Positions 1-9,432 of a DNA stretch of 16,397 nt are shown here, in pieces. This DNA comes from an uncultured Verrucomicrobiota bacterium (GTDB lineage Bacteria > Verrucomicrobiota > Verrucomicrobiia > Palsa-1439). The position numbers and the translations under genes were made by a program. The stretch is from positions 1 to 16,397 of the forward strand of contig CAZEQV010000042.1 of NCBI GenBank assembly GCA_964514435.1, written 5' to 3'. A model generated the notes under the pieces. That model had not been told where the DNA came from, made no database searches, and was given only the letters and a program-made list of their open reading frames with translations. Positions within the stretch are counted from its first letter, which is position 1. Each line of letters opens with the position of its first letter.

Positions 1-1131
1 CAGCGGATCGGGCATCTGAAACGGTTTGCTCACCCAATACATCACCACATACATGCCGCGCAGCCATGATTCCTGGCCGGTCAGGTGTTGGAGATACGAA
101 CCGATGTTCGTCAGCAACACCCCATACCCGGCCCCGAGCGCCGCCACCGGCAGCGAGAACAAACTGCCCAGCGTCACCCCCAACGCTGCCAAAAATCCCA
201 GCCCGCACCACACCACGGCCAGCGCGCGGATGAAGTTGCCGGCAAATCCGCCCTCGTAGATCAGCAACTCCAACCCGCCGTTCGGATCGAACACCATCGT
301 CAGGGGCAGCGGGTTGATGTTGGCAATTTCCAGCGTCAATGTCCCATCCGCCGCGACCATCGCGCTCGGGATGGCGACCGAATGCAGGCCGCCCGGCGCC
401 GTGTATTCTTGCCGGTACCAGCGGTCTGCCCGGTCCACGGCACCGGCCACGAAAACACAAGCGACCGGATTCTTGTCCGTCAGCGACGACGCAAACTTGT
501 ATCGCAGAATCAACGGACGGCCTGCGGACGGCCACTTCGGGAGACGAAACGTCAGCCGCGTCGCCATACCGGGCGGAACCGTGTGCGCGCGTTGGCGCAA
601 GAACTCGCGGATCGTCTCATCCGAAACCTTCTGCGCGGCGAATGCTTGTCGCGCCTGGTCGGTTACCGGGACAGATTCCGGACAAACCGCCCGACGCGCG
701 ACCAAGATTTCCTCTTGCAATTGCGGGTTGCCGCGCTCCGACCGCAGATTCCAGGACATCAATCCGTACGTCACCCCGCCGGCCACGGCAAGCAGCAGGG
801 CGTTGAGCGTCATCAACCCGAGCCATTTGCCGAGCCAAAGCTCGCACGGACGCACCGGCTTGGTGACGATGAGCTGGATTTGCCGGTCCTGCACTTCCGT
901 CGCCACAGCCGCGCAACCGGCCCAGAGCGTGGAGACCGAGAGAATGATCGTGACCGCTCCGAGCGTGTACCGCAACAGCACCTGCACCCGGCTGACCAAC
1001 GTGCCGTCATCCTTGATCGTCAGCGGCAACGCCACGACCGCCACCAGCAACAAACCCAGCAACACCACGACCACGCGCGACCGCACCGCGTTGCGCACCG
1101 CGATCCCGGCAATGGCGAAAACACTGCTCAT
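1..1131 (-). CDS. ABC-2 family transporter permease, with a large extracytoplasmic loop. It is 3'-truncated by the window edge; the ATG is at 1131-1129.
   Basis: Manual reverse-complement translation from 1131 gives MSSVFAIAGIAVRNAVRSRVVVVLLGLLLVAVVALPLTIKDDGTLVSRVQVLLRYTLGAVTIILSVSTLWAGCAAVATEVQDRQIQLIVTKPVRPCELW... and the frame stays open for 377 codons to position 1. This is the typical ABC-2 permease N-terminus and E-x-Q...KP motif, and it is paralogous to the 9432-10376 product. It lies directly downstream of an ABC ATPase. It is missing from the ORF track only because it has no stop inside the window. Confidence 0.8.
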   Translation of the reverse strand, partial: MSSVFAIAGIAVRNAVRSRVVVVLLGLLLVAVVALPLTIKDDGTLVSRVQVLLRYTLGAVTIILSVSTLWAGCAAVATEVQDRQIQLIVTKPVRPCELWLGKWLGLMTLNALLLAVAGGVTYGLMSWNLRSERGNPQLQEEILVARRAVCPESVPVTDQARQAFAAQKVSDETIREFLRQRAHTVPPGMATRLTFRLPKWPSAGRPLILRYKFASSLTDKNPVACVFVAGAVDRADRWYRQEYTAPGGLHSVAIPSAMVAADGTLTLEIANINPLPLTMVFDPNGGLELLIYEGGFAGNFIRALAVVWCGLGFLAALGVTLGSLFSLPVAALGAGYGVLLTNIGSYLQHLTGQESWLRGMYVVMYWVSKPFQMPDPL

Positions 1132-1199
1132 TGCGATGCCGGCTCTTGTAGGGCGCGCATCCCCGTCGTTTGGGGTGCGGGCCGCGCGTTCGAGCCAAC

Positions 1200-1231
1200 G
1201 GCGGGCAGCCTAAACGACAGGCGTGCCCGCC
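1200..1231 (-). other. GC-rich hairpin in the 137-bp spacer between the ABC ATPase stop and the permease start
   Basis: ggcgggca (1200-1207) and tgcccgcc (1224-1231) are perfect reverse complements around a 16-nt loop. No T-run follows, so it is not a canonical intrinsic terminator. It could be an attenuator or an mRNA processing/stability element. Confidence 0.3.
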
Positions 1232-1268
1232 CTACAATCATGCGGTTGCGATTCGCCCAGTTCATTGC

Positions 1269-2216
1269 CTACTTTGGCGGTTCGACGAGCTGCTGCAACT
1301 TTTCGTCGGCGGTCAGATACTGCGCGACACCCGTGGCGGGGCCGACGCCGCTGGCTTCAGTCGTGGTTTGCCGGGCTTGGGCGACGATGTCGAGGAAGAA
1401 CGCCTCCAAATCGCGCCGGGGATGTTCCAGCGTCGGTTCGCTGCCGAGTTCCGCGCGAGCCGCCGCGAGGATACGCTGCAGCGACTCCGCCGGCAACTCC
1501 GGCAACGCCAGCCGGTATTGCGACTTCTGTTCGAGCAACTCGTTGATCGTGCCCTGCGCCTGAATCTTGCCGTTGTAAAGAATCGCCACCCGGTCGCACA
1601 CGTCCTCCACATCGGCAAGCAGATGCGATGACAGTATCACCGTCTTGCCGCGCGCCGCGAGCGCCTTGATCAAGTCCTTCACCTGCCGGCAACCGATGGG
1701 GTCGAGGCCGGAGGTCGGCTCGTCGAGGATGACGAGGTCCGGATCGTTGATGAGTGCCTGCGCGAGGCCGATGCGGCGCGCCATACCTTTGGAAAATTCG
1801 CCGACTTGCCGGCTGTGCGCGTGGCGGAGGCCGATCATATCGAGCAACTGCGCCGTGCGCTCCCGGCGTTCGCCGGCCGGCAAGTCGAACAACATCCCGT
1901 AAAACGTCAGCGTCTCCCGCGAAGTCAGATACGGATAACTGTAGGTTTCTTCCGGCAAGTAACCGATGCGTTTCTTGGTCTGGACATCGCGCGGCGAACG
2001 GCCGAGCACGCGCAGTTGGCCGCGGGTCGGATGCAACAGCCCGAGGATCATCTTGATCGTGGTGCTCTTGCCGGACCCGTTCGGGCCGAGCAACCCGAAG
2101 ACCTCACCGGCGCGCACTTCAAAAGAAACGTCGTTGACCGCCCGGACTTTCGGCCGCCGCCAAAAATCGGTGAAGACTTTGGTGAGATGCGCCGCTTCGA
2201 TGATCGGATCATTCAT
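1269..2216 (-). CDS. ABC transporter ATP-binding protein (ABC-2 type exporter ATPase)
   Basis: Walker A GPNGSGKST, signature FSKGMARR, Walker B LVILDEPTSGLD and H-loop SSHLL are all present. The true ATG at 2216-2214 (MNDPIIEAAHL) is preferred over the TTG at 2231. This start overlaps the upstream ParE stop by 8 nt. Confidence 0.92.
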   Translation of the reverse strand: MNDPIIEAAHLTKVFTDFWRRPKVRAVNDVSFEVRAGEVFGLLGPNGSGKSTTIKMILGLLHPTRGQLRVLGRSPRDVQTKKRIGYLPEETYSYPYLTSRETLTFYGMLFDLPAGERRERTAQLLDMIGLRHAHSRQVGEFSKGMARRIGLAQALINDPDLVILDEPTSGLDPIGCRQVKDLIKALAARGKTVILSSHLLADVEDVCDRVAILYNGKIQAQGTINELLEQKSQYRLALPELPAESLQRILAAARAELGSEPTLEHPRRDLEAFFLDIVAQARQTTTEASGVGPATGVAQYLTADEKLQQLVEPPK

Positions 2217-2511
2217 CCAGTCGCTCCTCAATTGTGGCAGGTTCCCGCGCCAGATGGAGAATGGCTTTCACAACGATGCGCTCTTGATGAAGCTGGTAAT
2301 AGACACCGTAGGGAAAGGTGCGCAACAAAACACGCCGATGCACGGCATCCACTTGCGGAACCGACTCGGGGAATGCTGCCACCTGCCGCAATGCCTCGTC
2401 CAATGCCTCCAAAAAACGCAATTCCAAACCCACTCCTTGTCGCGCATACCACTGACACCCGTTCCGAATATCCTGCTCCGCGTTTGAGCGGATCACGATG
2501 CGCCGGCTCAT
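2209..2511 (-). CDS. Type II toxin-antitoxin system ParE/RelE family toxin
   Basis: The 100-aa product MSRRIVIRSNAEQDIRNGCQWYAR...FPYGVYYQLHQERIVVKAILHLAREP has the ParE-like fold signature. The internal ATG at 2511-2509 was verified. Its start overlaps the antitoxin stop as ATGA. Confidence 0.8.
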   Translation of the reverse strand: MSRRIVIRSNAEQDIRNGCQWYARQGVGLELRFLEALDEALRQVAAFPESVPQVDAVHRRVLLRTFPYGVYYQLHQERIVVKAILHLAREPATIEERLDE

Positions 2512-2725
2512 AGCTGCCGGCGGATCCGGTCCCTGACGACCTCCCACGGTTCGCCCGCTTCGGGATTCTTCAGAAACTCCTGATGCCGCTCCGCGAGGAT
2601 GCGCCGATGCCATTCGGGGACGGGAATCTCATCCGCATGCGCGGCCACGTCCGACCAGAGTTGGTCAATCAACTGCAACTTGTCGGCGACCGACAGCCTT
2701 TCCACTTCCGGGATCATGAGTTTGC

Positions 2726-2729
<4 letters not shown>
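2508..2729 (-). CDS. Putative addiction-module antitoxin (small helical 'addiction module component' family, pairs with ParE/RelE)
   Basis: The 73-aa acidic product is MSKLMIPEVERLSVADKLQLIDQLWSDVAAHADEIPVPEWHRRILAERHQEFLKNPEAGEPWEV. It sits immediately upstream of the toxin and overlaps it. Its ATG at 2729-2727 overlaps the TGA stop of the P-type ATPase. Confidence 0.72.
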
Positions 2730-4643
<1,914 letters not shown>

Positions 4644-4657
<14 letters not shown>

Positions 4658-5159
4658 AGGCGGCGGAAGAGTGGATGGTTGGATGAGTGGAAGGATGGAT
4701 GGGGGAAAGGGTGGAAGATTGAGGGACTTCGTAGGCGGCATTGGATTCGCGGACGATGAAACTTTCGTTCCAATCACCCTCTTCCAGTTTGTGCTGGAGT
4801 GATTCGATGAGCCTCTTGAGACCATTCTCCATCGTATAGGCAATGGCATCGCATTTTTCGAATTGGTCCGGGGTGATCTGGTTGCTGCGGCGATAGGCGT
4901 GGAGGCCGGAAACGGTTTCGCCGGCGGAACCGAGCGCAATGTTGAGGTGCTGGAGATATTCTTTCAAGGTGCGCCGGCAGTAGCCTTCCGCGATGTTGCG
5001 ATGGATGGAATCGGCAGCGGCCATCTGGTTGGCGGCGATGCGTCGTAATTCGTAGGGAAACGAGCGGAAGATGTCGCAGGTGAGGACGTAGTATTCAATC
5101 GCATCCTGCCAAACAACAAGTTGCCGGTATCCACGATTGATGTTCCGTCGGGGACTCAT
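4644..5159 (-). CDS. Four helix bundle protein (Avd / 23S rRNA-intervening-sequence protein family), copy A. Its C-terminal tail is encoded by the repeat array.
   Basis: The core YRQLVVWQDAIEYYVLTCDIFRSFPYELRRIAANQMAAADSIHRNIAEGYCRRTLKEYLQHLNIALGSAGETVSGL is typical of this family (NIAEG...K.F...L..A.GS..E). The ATG at 5159-5157 was verified (MSPRRNINRG). The last ~30 codons (LSPIHPSTHPTIHSS) are read from the GGATGG array. The stop at 4644 lies 14 nt inside the ATPase start. Confidence 0.75.
4666..4726. repeat. Degenerate GGATGG/GGAAGG heptamer-like tandem array; the downstream (3') arm of the inverted-repeat pair around four-helix gene A
   Basis: Plus strand reads gaagagtggatggttggatgagtggaaggatggatgggggaaagggtggaagattgaggga. 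This is the reverse complement of the array at 5160-5246. Confidence 0.75.
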
Positions 5160-5246
5160 CCACCCTTCCATCCTTCCATCCATCGTTTCCTCCATTATTC
5201 CATCCCTCCCATCTCCCACCTGTCCATCCTTCCATTCTTCCCTCAC
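5160..5246. repeat. CCATCC/CCTTCC heptamer-like tandem array; the upstream arm of the inverted-repeat pair around four-helix gene A
   Basis: Plus strand reads cacccttccatccttccatccatcgtttcctccattattccatccctcccatctcccacctgtccatccttccattcttccctcactcc. It spans exactly from the HflK-like stop (5243-5245) to the four-helix A ATG (5159). Confidence 0.75.
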
Positions 5247-6256
5247 TCCGCCCCTCCGATCGGTTTCGGTTCTGGTGTGAGCAGCAGCCGCAGTTCTTGC
5301 TGGCCGTGCTCGTTTCGGTGGATGAGGAACTTCTGGTCCACGTTGCTGAGCGTGCGGCGGAGCGTGTCTTGGAGCAGCGTCCGCGCGATGATGTCGGGGT
5401 TTTTCTGGTATTGCTCGTAAACTTTGGTGAAGTAATCCGCGCTTGCGCCAACCTCGGCCACGACGCGGCGTTTGTAGGCTTCGCCTTCGGCGATAAGCCG
5501 GGCGGCTTCGCCTTGCGCTTCGTTCAACGTGCGCGTGGCGAGCGCGCGCGCCGCGCTGATCTTGCCGCTGCGTTCCTGCTCCGCCTCGATGACCGCGCTG
5601 AACGCGGCGGCGACTTGCCGGGGCGGCAACAGGGCGAGCACGTCCACACGCTCAATCCGCACCCCAAGCCCCAGCGCATCCACCCGGCGGCGCAACTCAC
5701 CATCCACCGCGTCGCGCAACGCCTCGATCTCGGTCCGCAACGCTTGATCCACGGGGAACCGCGCCGTGCATTTGACGATGGCGTGGTCAAGCTCGCGCTG
5801 GAGAATGGCGGACGGGTCTCTCAGCCGGAAACTATACGTTTCCAAATCCACGACCGTGTAACGGACGGCCCATTTGGCGTGGATCAGGTTGGCGTCGCCG
5901 GTCAGGGTGTAACCATCGGCACCGGGCTGCAACGTCGCGGCGCCCGAGTTCTCACGAGGCATGAACGTGCCGGTTTCCACGGCTTGCACCCGCTCGGTCG
6001 GGATGCGGACGATTTCCGCGACCGGCTTGGGCCACGTCCAATGCAGGCCGGGACCTTTCAACCGGTCCGCACCCATGCCGGCAATCTTGCCGAACACGAG
6101 AACGTAGGCGCGTTCGTGTTGGCCGACGATGAAGACGCCGGAGAACAGGTACGCGACCACGACGCCGACCATCACCCAGCGTAACGCGCGGAAACTCGTC
6201 GTCAGCGCGCCGGTGAGGGCGGCTTGGCCGGTATCGTTGTGTGTGGTCTGAGTCAT
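5243..6256 (-). CDS. SPFH/Band-7 family protein, HflK-like
   Basis: An N-terminal TM segment (WVMVGVVVAYLFSGVFIV) is followed by an SPFH domain (ERAYVLVFGKIAG...GLHWTWP) and a coiled-coil region (AEQERSGKISAARALA...AEGEAYKRRVVAEVGA). The ATG at 6256-6254 overlaps the upstream TAA by 1 nt. Confidence 0.75.
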   Translation of the reverse strand: MTQTTHNDTGQAALTGALTTSFRALRWVMVGVVVAYLFSGVFIVGQHERAYVLVFGKIAGMGADRLKGPGLHWTWPKPVAEIVRIPTERVQAVETGTFMPRENSGAATLQPGADGYTLTGDANLIHAKWAVRYTVVDLETYSFRLRDPSAILQRELDHAIVKCTARFPVDQALRTEIEALRDAVDGELRRRVDALGLGVRIERVDVLALLPPRQVAAAFSAVIEAEQERSGKISAARALATRTLNEAQGEAARLIAEGEAYKRRVVAEVGASADYFTKVYEQYQKNPDIIARTLLQDTLRRTLSNVDQKFLIHRNEHGQQELRLLLTPEPKPIGGAE

Positions 6257-7149
6257 TATTTTTTTGGGAGCGCCTTGTCGCCTTGGAGCAGGTCGAACGG
6301 TTCGGTTTCGCTGCTCAACACGACGGTGGATTTGGTCTTCAACGTCAATTCGAGGACTTCCAATTTCCGGAGGAACATCGCCAGCTCGGGGTTCTTCTCG
6401 AACACCTGATACGATTCCGCCGCCTTCGCATCGCCCTCGGCGCGGATGCCTTTGGCCTCGGCTTCCGCTCTGGCGAGGAGTTGATTGCGGGTGCTGTCGG
6501 CTTCGGCGCGCAACTTGATCGCTTCCCCTTCGCCCTCGGACCGGTAACGCTCGGCAATCTCCTCGCGTTCGGCGCGCATCCGGGCGAACACCTTTTCCGT
6601 GATGGATTCCGGCAACCCAATTTTGCGGACGCCGAGGAACTGCACCTCGACGCCATACCGGCTCACCGCCTCCGGTTGGACTGCCGCCAGCATCTGCTGT
6701 TCGATGGCCTCGAACTGCACGGCGGCGGCGTTGGTGTTGATCAAGCCGGCAAAGGGAAACTGGCCGAGCACGGCGTTTTTCTGACTGCGCAGCAGGCCGT
6801 CGAGATTGCGCTCGGCTTGTTCGACCGTGCCGACGCGTTCGAGAAATTGAATCGGCTGCTGAATCCGCCAGCCGGCATAGACGGCGACGAGGATGTTCTT
6901 GCCGTCGCGGGTCAAAGTTTCTTCAAACGCCCCTTCGAGCGTATGCGTCCGGTTATCGAACCGGTAAATCCGTTGCACCGGCCACGGCCAGCGCGTGTAC
7001 AGCCCGGCCGCGGTGAGTTCGCGCACCGGCTTGCCGAATGTGGTGACAACGACGGCCTCGCCTTCGCGCACCGTGAACAGCACTTGGAGCAGCACAAACA
7101 TCACGGCCACCAGCAGGCCGACGGTTAAAAGCAACGTGTTTCGTTTCAT
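6256..7149 (-). CDS. SPFH/Band-7 family protein, HflC-like
   Basis: MKRNTLLLTVGLLVAVMFVLLQVLFTVREGEAVVVTTFGKPV...RMRAEREEIAERYRSEGEGEAIKLRAEAD parallels the E. coli HflC architecture. A GGAGG sequence sits 7 nt upstream of the ATG 7149-7147. Confidence 0.75.
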   Translation of the reverse strand: MKRNTLLLTVGLLVAVMFVLLQVLFTVREGEAVVVTTFGKPVRELTAAGLYTRWPWPVQRIYRFDNRTHTLEGAFEETLTRDGKNILVAVYAGWRIQQPIQFLERVGTVEQAERNLDGLLRSQKNAVLGQFPFAGLINTNAAAVQFEAIEQQMLAAVQPEAVSRYGVEVQFLGVRKIGLPESITEKVFARMRAEREEIAERYRSEGEGEAIKLRAEADSTRNQLLARAEAEAKGIRAEGDAKAAESYQVFEKNPELAMFLRKLEVLELTLKTKSTVVLSSETEPFDLLQGDKALPKK

Positions 7150-7165
7150 CGGATAACCTCCGTGG

Positions 7166-7229
7166 AAATGACGAATGACGAATGACCAATGACGAAAGAA
7201 TGACGAGGGCGGAAATGACGAATGGATGG
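7166..7229. repeat. AATGACG heptamer tandem array; the downstream arm of the inverted-repeat pair around four-helix gene B
   Basis: gaaatgacgaatgacgaatgaccaatgacgaaagaatgacgagggcggaaatgacgaatggatgg. It is the reverse complement of the array at 7585-7633. It ends in ggatgg, the unit of the element-A arrays. Confidence 0.8.
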
Positions 7230-7231
7230 CA

Positions 7232-7630
7232 TCAGTCGGCGCTCCTTCCGTTGCGCATGATCGCGGCGAAGATCAGATGCAATTCTTTGGCTTCTTGCCA
7301 GAGTTTGCGCGCGGTTTCTTTGTGGGATGGTTCGGCGGTGGCAATCATACGGAGCCAGTGTTTCGTTTCGCGCGCCTCGCGTTTGCAGATGCTGATTTTA
7401 TGCAGAAAATCTTTCTTCGAGTGTGCGTCATCCGCTTCCACGTAGTTGGCCCCGACGCTGGTTCCCGACCGCACTAACTGACTCACCAATGGTAGCGTAA
7501 CCGGCGTGCTAGGCACGCTCCTGCAAAAACCAATGATTGCCTCGCCAAAAACAGCCGTGCGTTCTTCGAGGTCAAATTTCGGCTTCGTCATTGGACATTC
7601 TTTCGTCATTCGGATTTCGTCATTCGTCAT
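7232..7630 (-). CDS. Four helix bundle protein (Avd / 23S rRNA-intervening-sequence protein family), copy B
   Basis: FDLEERTAVFGEAIIGFCRSVPSTPVTLPLVSQLVRSGTSVGANYVEADDAHSKKDFLHKISICKREARETKHWLRMI are family motifs. Three in-frame ATGs (7630, 7609, 7591) are all created by AATGACG repeat units. The ATG at 7630 overlaps the upstream TGA as ATGA, and the likely functional start is 7591 (MTKPKF). Confidence 0.8.
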   Translation of the reverse strand: MTNDEIRMTKECPMTKPKFDLEERTAVFGEAIIGFCRSVPSTPVTLPLVSQLVRSGTSVGANYVEADDAHSKKDFLHKISICKREARETKHWLRMIATAEPSHKETARKLWQEAKELHLIFAAIMRNGRSAD

Positions 7631-7633
7631 TTC
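7585..7633. repeat. CGTCATT heptamer tandem array; the upstream arm of the inverted-repeat pair around four-helix gene B
   Basis: tcgtcattggacattctttcgtcattcggatttcgtcattcgtcatttc. The TGA stop of the upstream SPFH-fusion gene (7629-7627) is itself the first TGA of an AATGACG unit. Confidence 0.8.
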
Positions 7634-9432
7634 TTCGCACCCAGATCGAACAACTCGGGGCGCAGTTTCTCTTCAAAGTTCAGTTGATAGACTTCATTCG
7701 ACGCCGAGGCCGGCACGATAAACTTCCGCGTATCGGTCAACGCCCGCGCCACCGTGTCGAGATACAGGCTGGTGCGGAAAACTTGCGGCGATTTCTTGGC
7801 GGTCTCGGCTTGGATGAGAAACCGCTTGGCCTCGGCGGCGGAAATCTCCGCGCGCTGGGTCCGGTAAGCGGTCGCTTCAAGATTCGCCTTCGACGCCTCG
7901 GCGCCGGCCAGCGTCACGGTCTTGCCGGCTTGGGCGCGGGCGGCGAGCACGGTGGCTTCCTTTTGTTCGAGCGCACCGATGACGGATTGAAACGCCTCGG
8001 CGACTTGCGTCGGCGGATGCACGCCTTGGAGGCCCACGAACACGATGTGAACGCCGAGTTGCCGGCGGTCGGCTTCGGCTTGGATGCGTTGGCGGAGCGA
8101 CTCGGCGATGCGGGCTTGGCCGGGACCCATGATCTCAAACAGGTCGTGCGTGGCGGCTTCGAACGTGAGGCTCCGGTAAGCGATTTGCTCGATCAGGCGA
8201 CCGGCATCGGCGTTGTGGTACGCGAACGCCATCACGTTGGTGATTTGATATTCGACCGGGATATTGAAAGCGACGAGGTTGACCGGCACGCTGCCCTCGC
8301 CGACGCGCGGGGCGGCGACGAGAAATTGGTCTTCGCCTTCGGCGTGCGGGATATTCCACTGAATGACGGCTGGCTCGACGCCGGTGCTTTGGGGTTGGCC
8401 GATGCGAAAATTGAGGACGCGCTTGGCTGGGAAGCGTTGCACGACCTCGAACGGCCACGGGGCTTTCAGGTGAAACCCGCTGTCGAGGTGCGTGACCGGC
8501 TTGCCGAAGCGTTCGAGGATACCGCGTTCGTCGGGGCCGAGGAACACGAGGCAGGAAAGCAGATAGAGCGCGACGATCTGGAAGATGACCAGCGGCAACA
8601 ACGCGCCTTCGAGGAACCGGAACAACCACGTCTCGGAGACTTTGAAGCCGAATTGATAATCGAGCGCCCCGGCGACGTTGCGCGCCCAAGCGCCGGGGGC
8701 GATGAGCAGCTCGCCCAGCCGACTTTCATACGACCGGCAAGGTTCGCCGCGTCGGGGCCGGTAAAGTTCGGCGATGAAGTTGAGGAGGTTTTCCGCCGCC
8801 AAAACCACGAGGAAGCCGGTGAGGATGACGGCCGCCCAACGGTCCGCGGCCGGGAATCCAGCCTCGCCGGCCAACGTTGCCGCACCGGCCATCAACGACG
8901 CGATGCACGCCACGCCCAACGCGATACCGGCCCCGCGCAGCAGTCTTCCCAGTCCGAGCAGATACCGGCTGAGCAGGAACATGGTGAATGCCTGTCCGCC
9001 CAACGCCGCCAACGTCATCAGGCGGTGAGCCGGTGGGGTGGCCGGCAAGTTCAGATGCCGGTAGAGCCACCAAGTCACGGCGGCCAAACCCATGGCCAAT
9101 AGAAGGGCGATGGCGGGGACGAAGAACCGCTCGAATTGTTGCCGCGTGCGGGCGACGGTGAACAGTTCGGGCGCGGTTTCCCGGTCGAAGATCGAAGCGC
9201 TGGTTCGTTCGCGTTCCAGCAAGGCGGCTTCTTGTTTTTCTTCTTCGGCGCGGCGGGCGAGGCGTTCACGGATGAGAACCAGCAAGGACACGGCCAATGC
9301 CAGAGCGGGATAAGCGAGCAACGCCGGCAAGACACGGAGATGCGTCGCGCGGGCGAGCACGGCGTCCACGACCAGCCACGCCACGGCCAGCAGCGCCGCC
9401 AGCAGGGCGATTCGTTCGTTGCGTTTGTCCAT
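7627..9432 (-). CDS. Polytopic membrane protein fused to a C-terminal SPFH/Band-7 (HflK-like) domain
   Basis: Start taken at the verified ATG 9432-9430 (MDKRNERIALLAALLAVAWLV), which overlaps the upstream TGA by 1 nt. About 6-7 predicted TM helices in the first ~330 aa are followed by an SPFH domain (PDERGILERFGKPVTHLDSGFHLKAPWPFEVVQ...). A coiled-coil Ala/Glu-rich tail (ARAQAGKTVTLAGAEASKANLEATAYRTQRAEISAAEAKRF) ends the protein. Confidence 0.7.
   Translation of the reverse strand: MDKRNERIALLAALLAVAWLVVDAVLARATHLRVLPALLAYPALALAVSLLVLIRERLARRAEEEKQEAALLERERTSASIFDRETAPELFTVARTRQQFERFFVPAIALLLAMGLAAVTWWLYRHLNLPATPPAHRLMTLAALGGQAFTMFLLSRYLLGLGRLLRGAGIALGVACIASLMAGAATLAGEAGFPAADRWAAVILTGFLVVLAAENLLNFIAELYRPRRGEPCRSYESRLGELLIAPGAWARNVAGALDYQFGFKVSETWLFRFLEGALLPLVIFQIVALYLLSCLVFLGPDERGILERFGKPVTHLDSGFHLKAPWPFEVVQRFPAKRVLNFRIGQPQSTGVEPAVIQWNIPHAEGEDQFLVAAPRVGEGSVPVNLVAFNIPVEYQITNVMAFAYHNADAGRLIEQIAYRSLTFEAATHDLFEIMGPGQARIAESLRQRIQAEADRRQLGVHIVFVGLQGVHPPTQVAEAFQSVIGALEQKEATVLAARAQAGKTVTLAGAEASKANLEATAYRTQRAEISAAEAKRFLIQAETAKKSPQVFRTSLYLDTVARALTDTRKFIVPASASNEVYQLNFEEKLRPELFDLGAKK

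Noticed and set aside
85-1563. 492-aa and 299-aa plus-strand ORFs (85-1563, 314-1213) covering the first 1.5 kb
   Set aside because: Their Arg/His/Pro/Gln-rich, low-complexity translations (RRHRQREQTAQRHPQR...) are typical antisense artifacts of a GC-rich gene. The real gene is the minus-strand ABC-2 permease, which translates cleanly from 1131 to the window edge.
2216-2231. Track-reported start at 2231 for the ABC ATPase and at 10376 for the permease paralog
   Set aside because: Both leading 'M's are TTG codons (plus-strand caa), not ATG. For the ATPase the in-frame true ATG at 2216 gives the canonical MNDPIIE start, and this was used instead. For the permease no nearby ATG exists, so the TTG coordinate was kept with the start flagged as uncertain.
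4666-7633. Heptamer arrays as CRISPR arrays
   Set aside because: The units are 6-7 bp and directly abutting with no spacers, and each locus occurs as an inverted pair around a gene. This does not fit CRISPR repeat-spacer architecture.
7537-9102. 521-aa plus-strand ORF and the many 60-300-aa ORFs antisense to the SPFH genes and the ATPase (e.g. 6241-7128, 5297-6184, 3479-4174, 8135-8689)
   Set aside because: Their compositions are strongly biased (Arg/Gly/Asp/Pro-rich) with no TM or domain logic. They lie fully inside well-supported minus-strand genes, and GC-rich DNA yields long spurious antisense frames.
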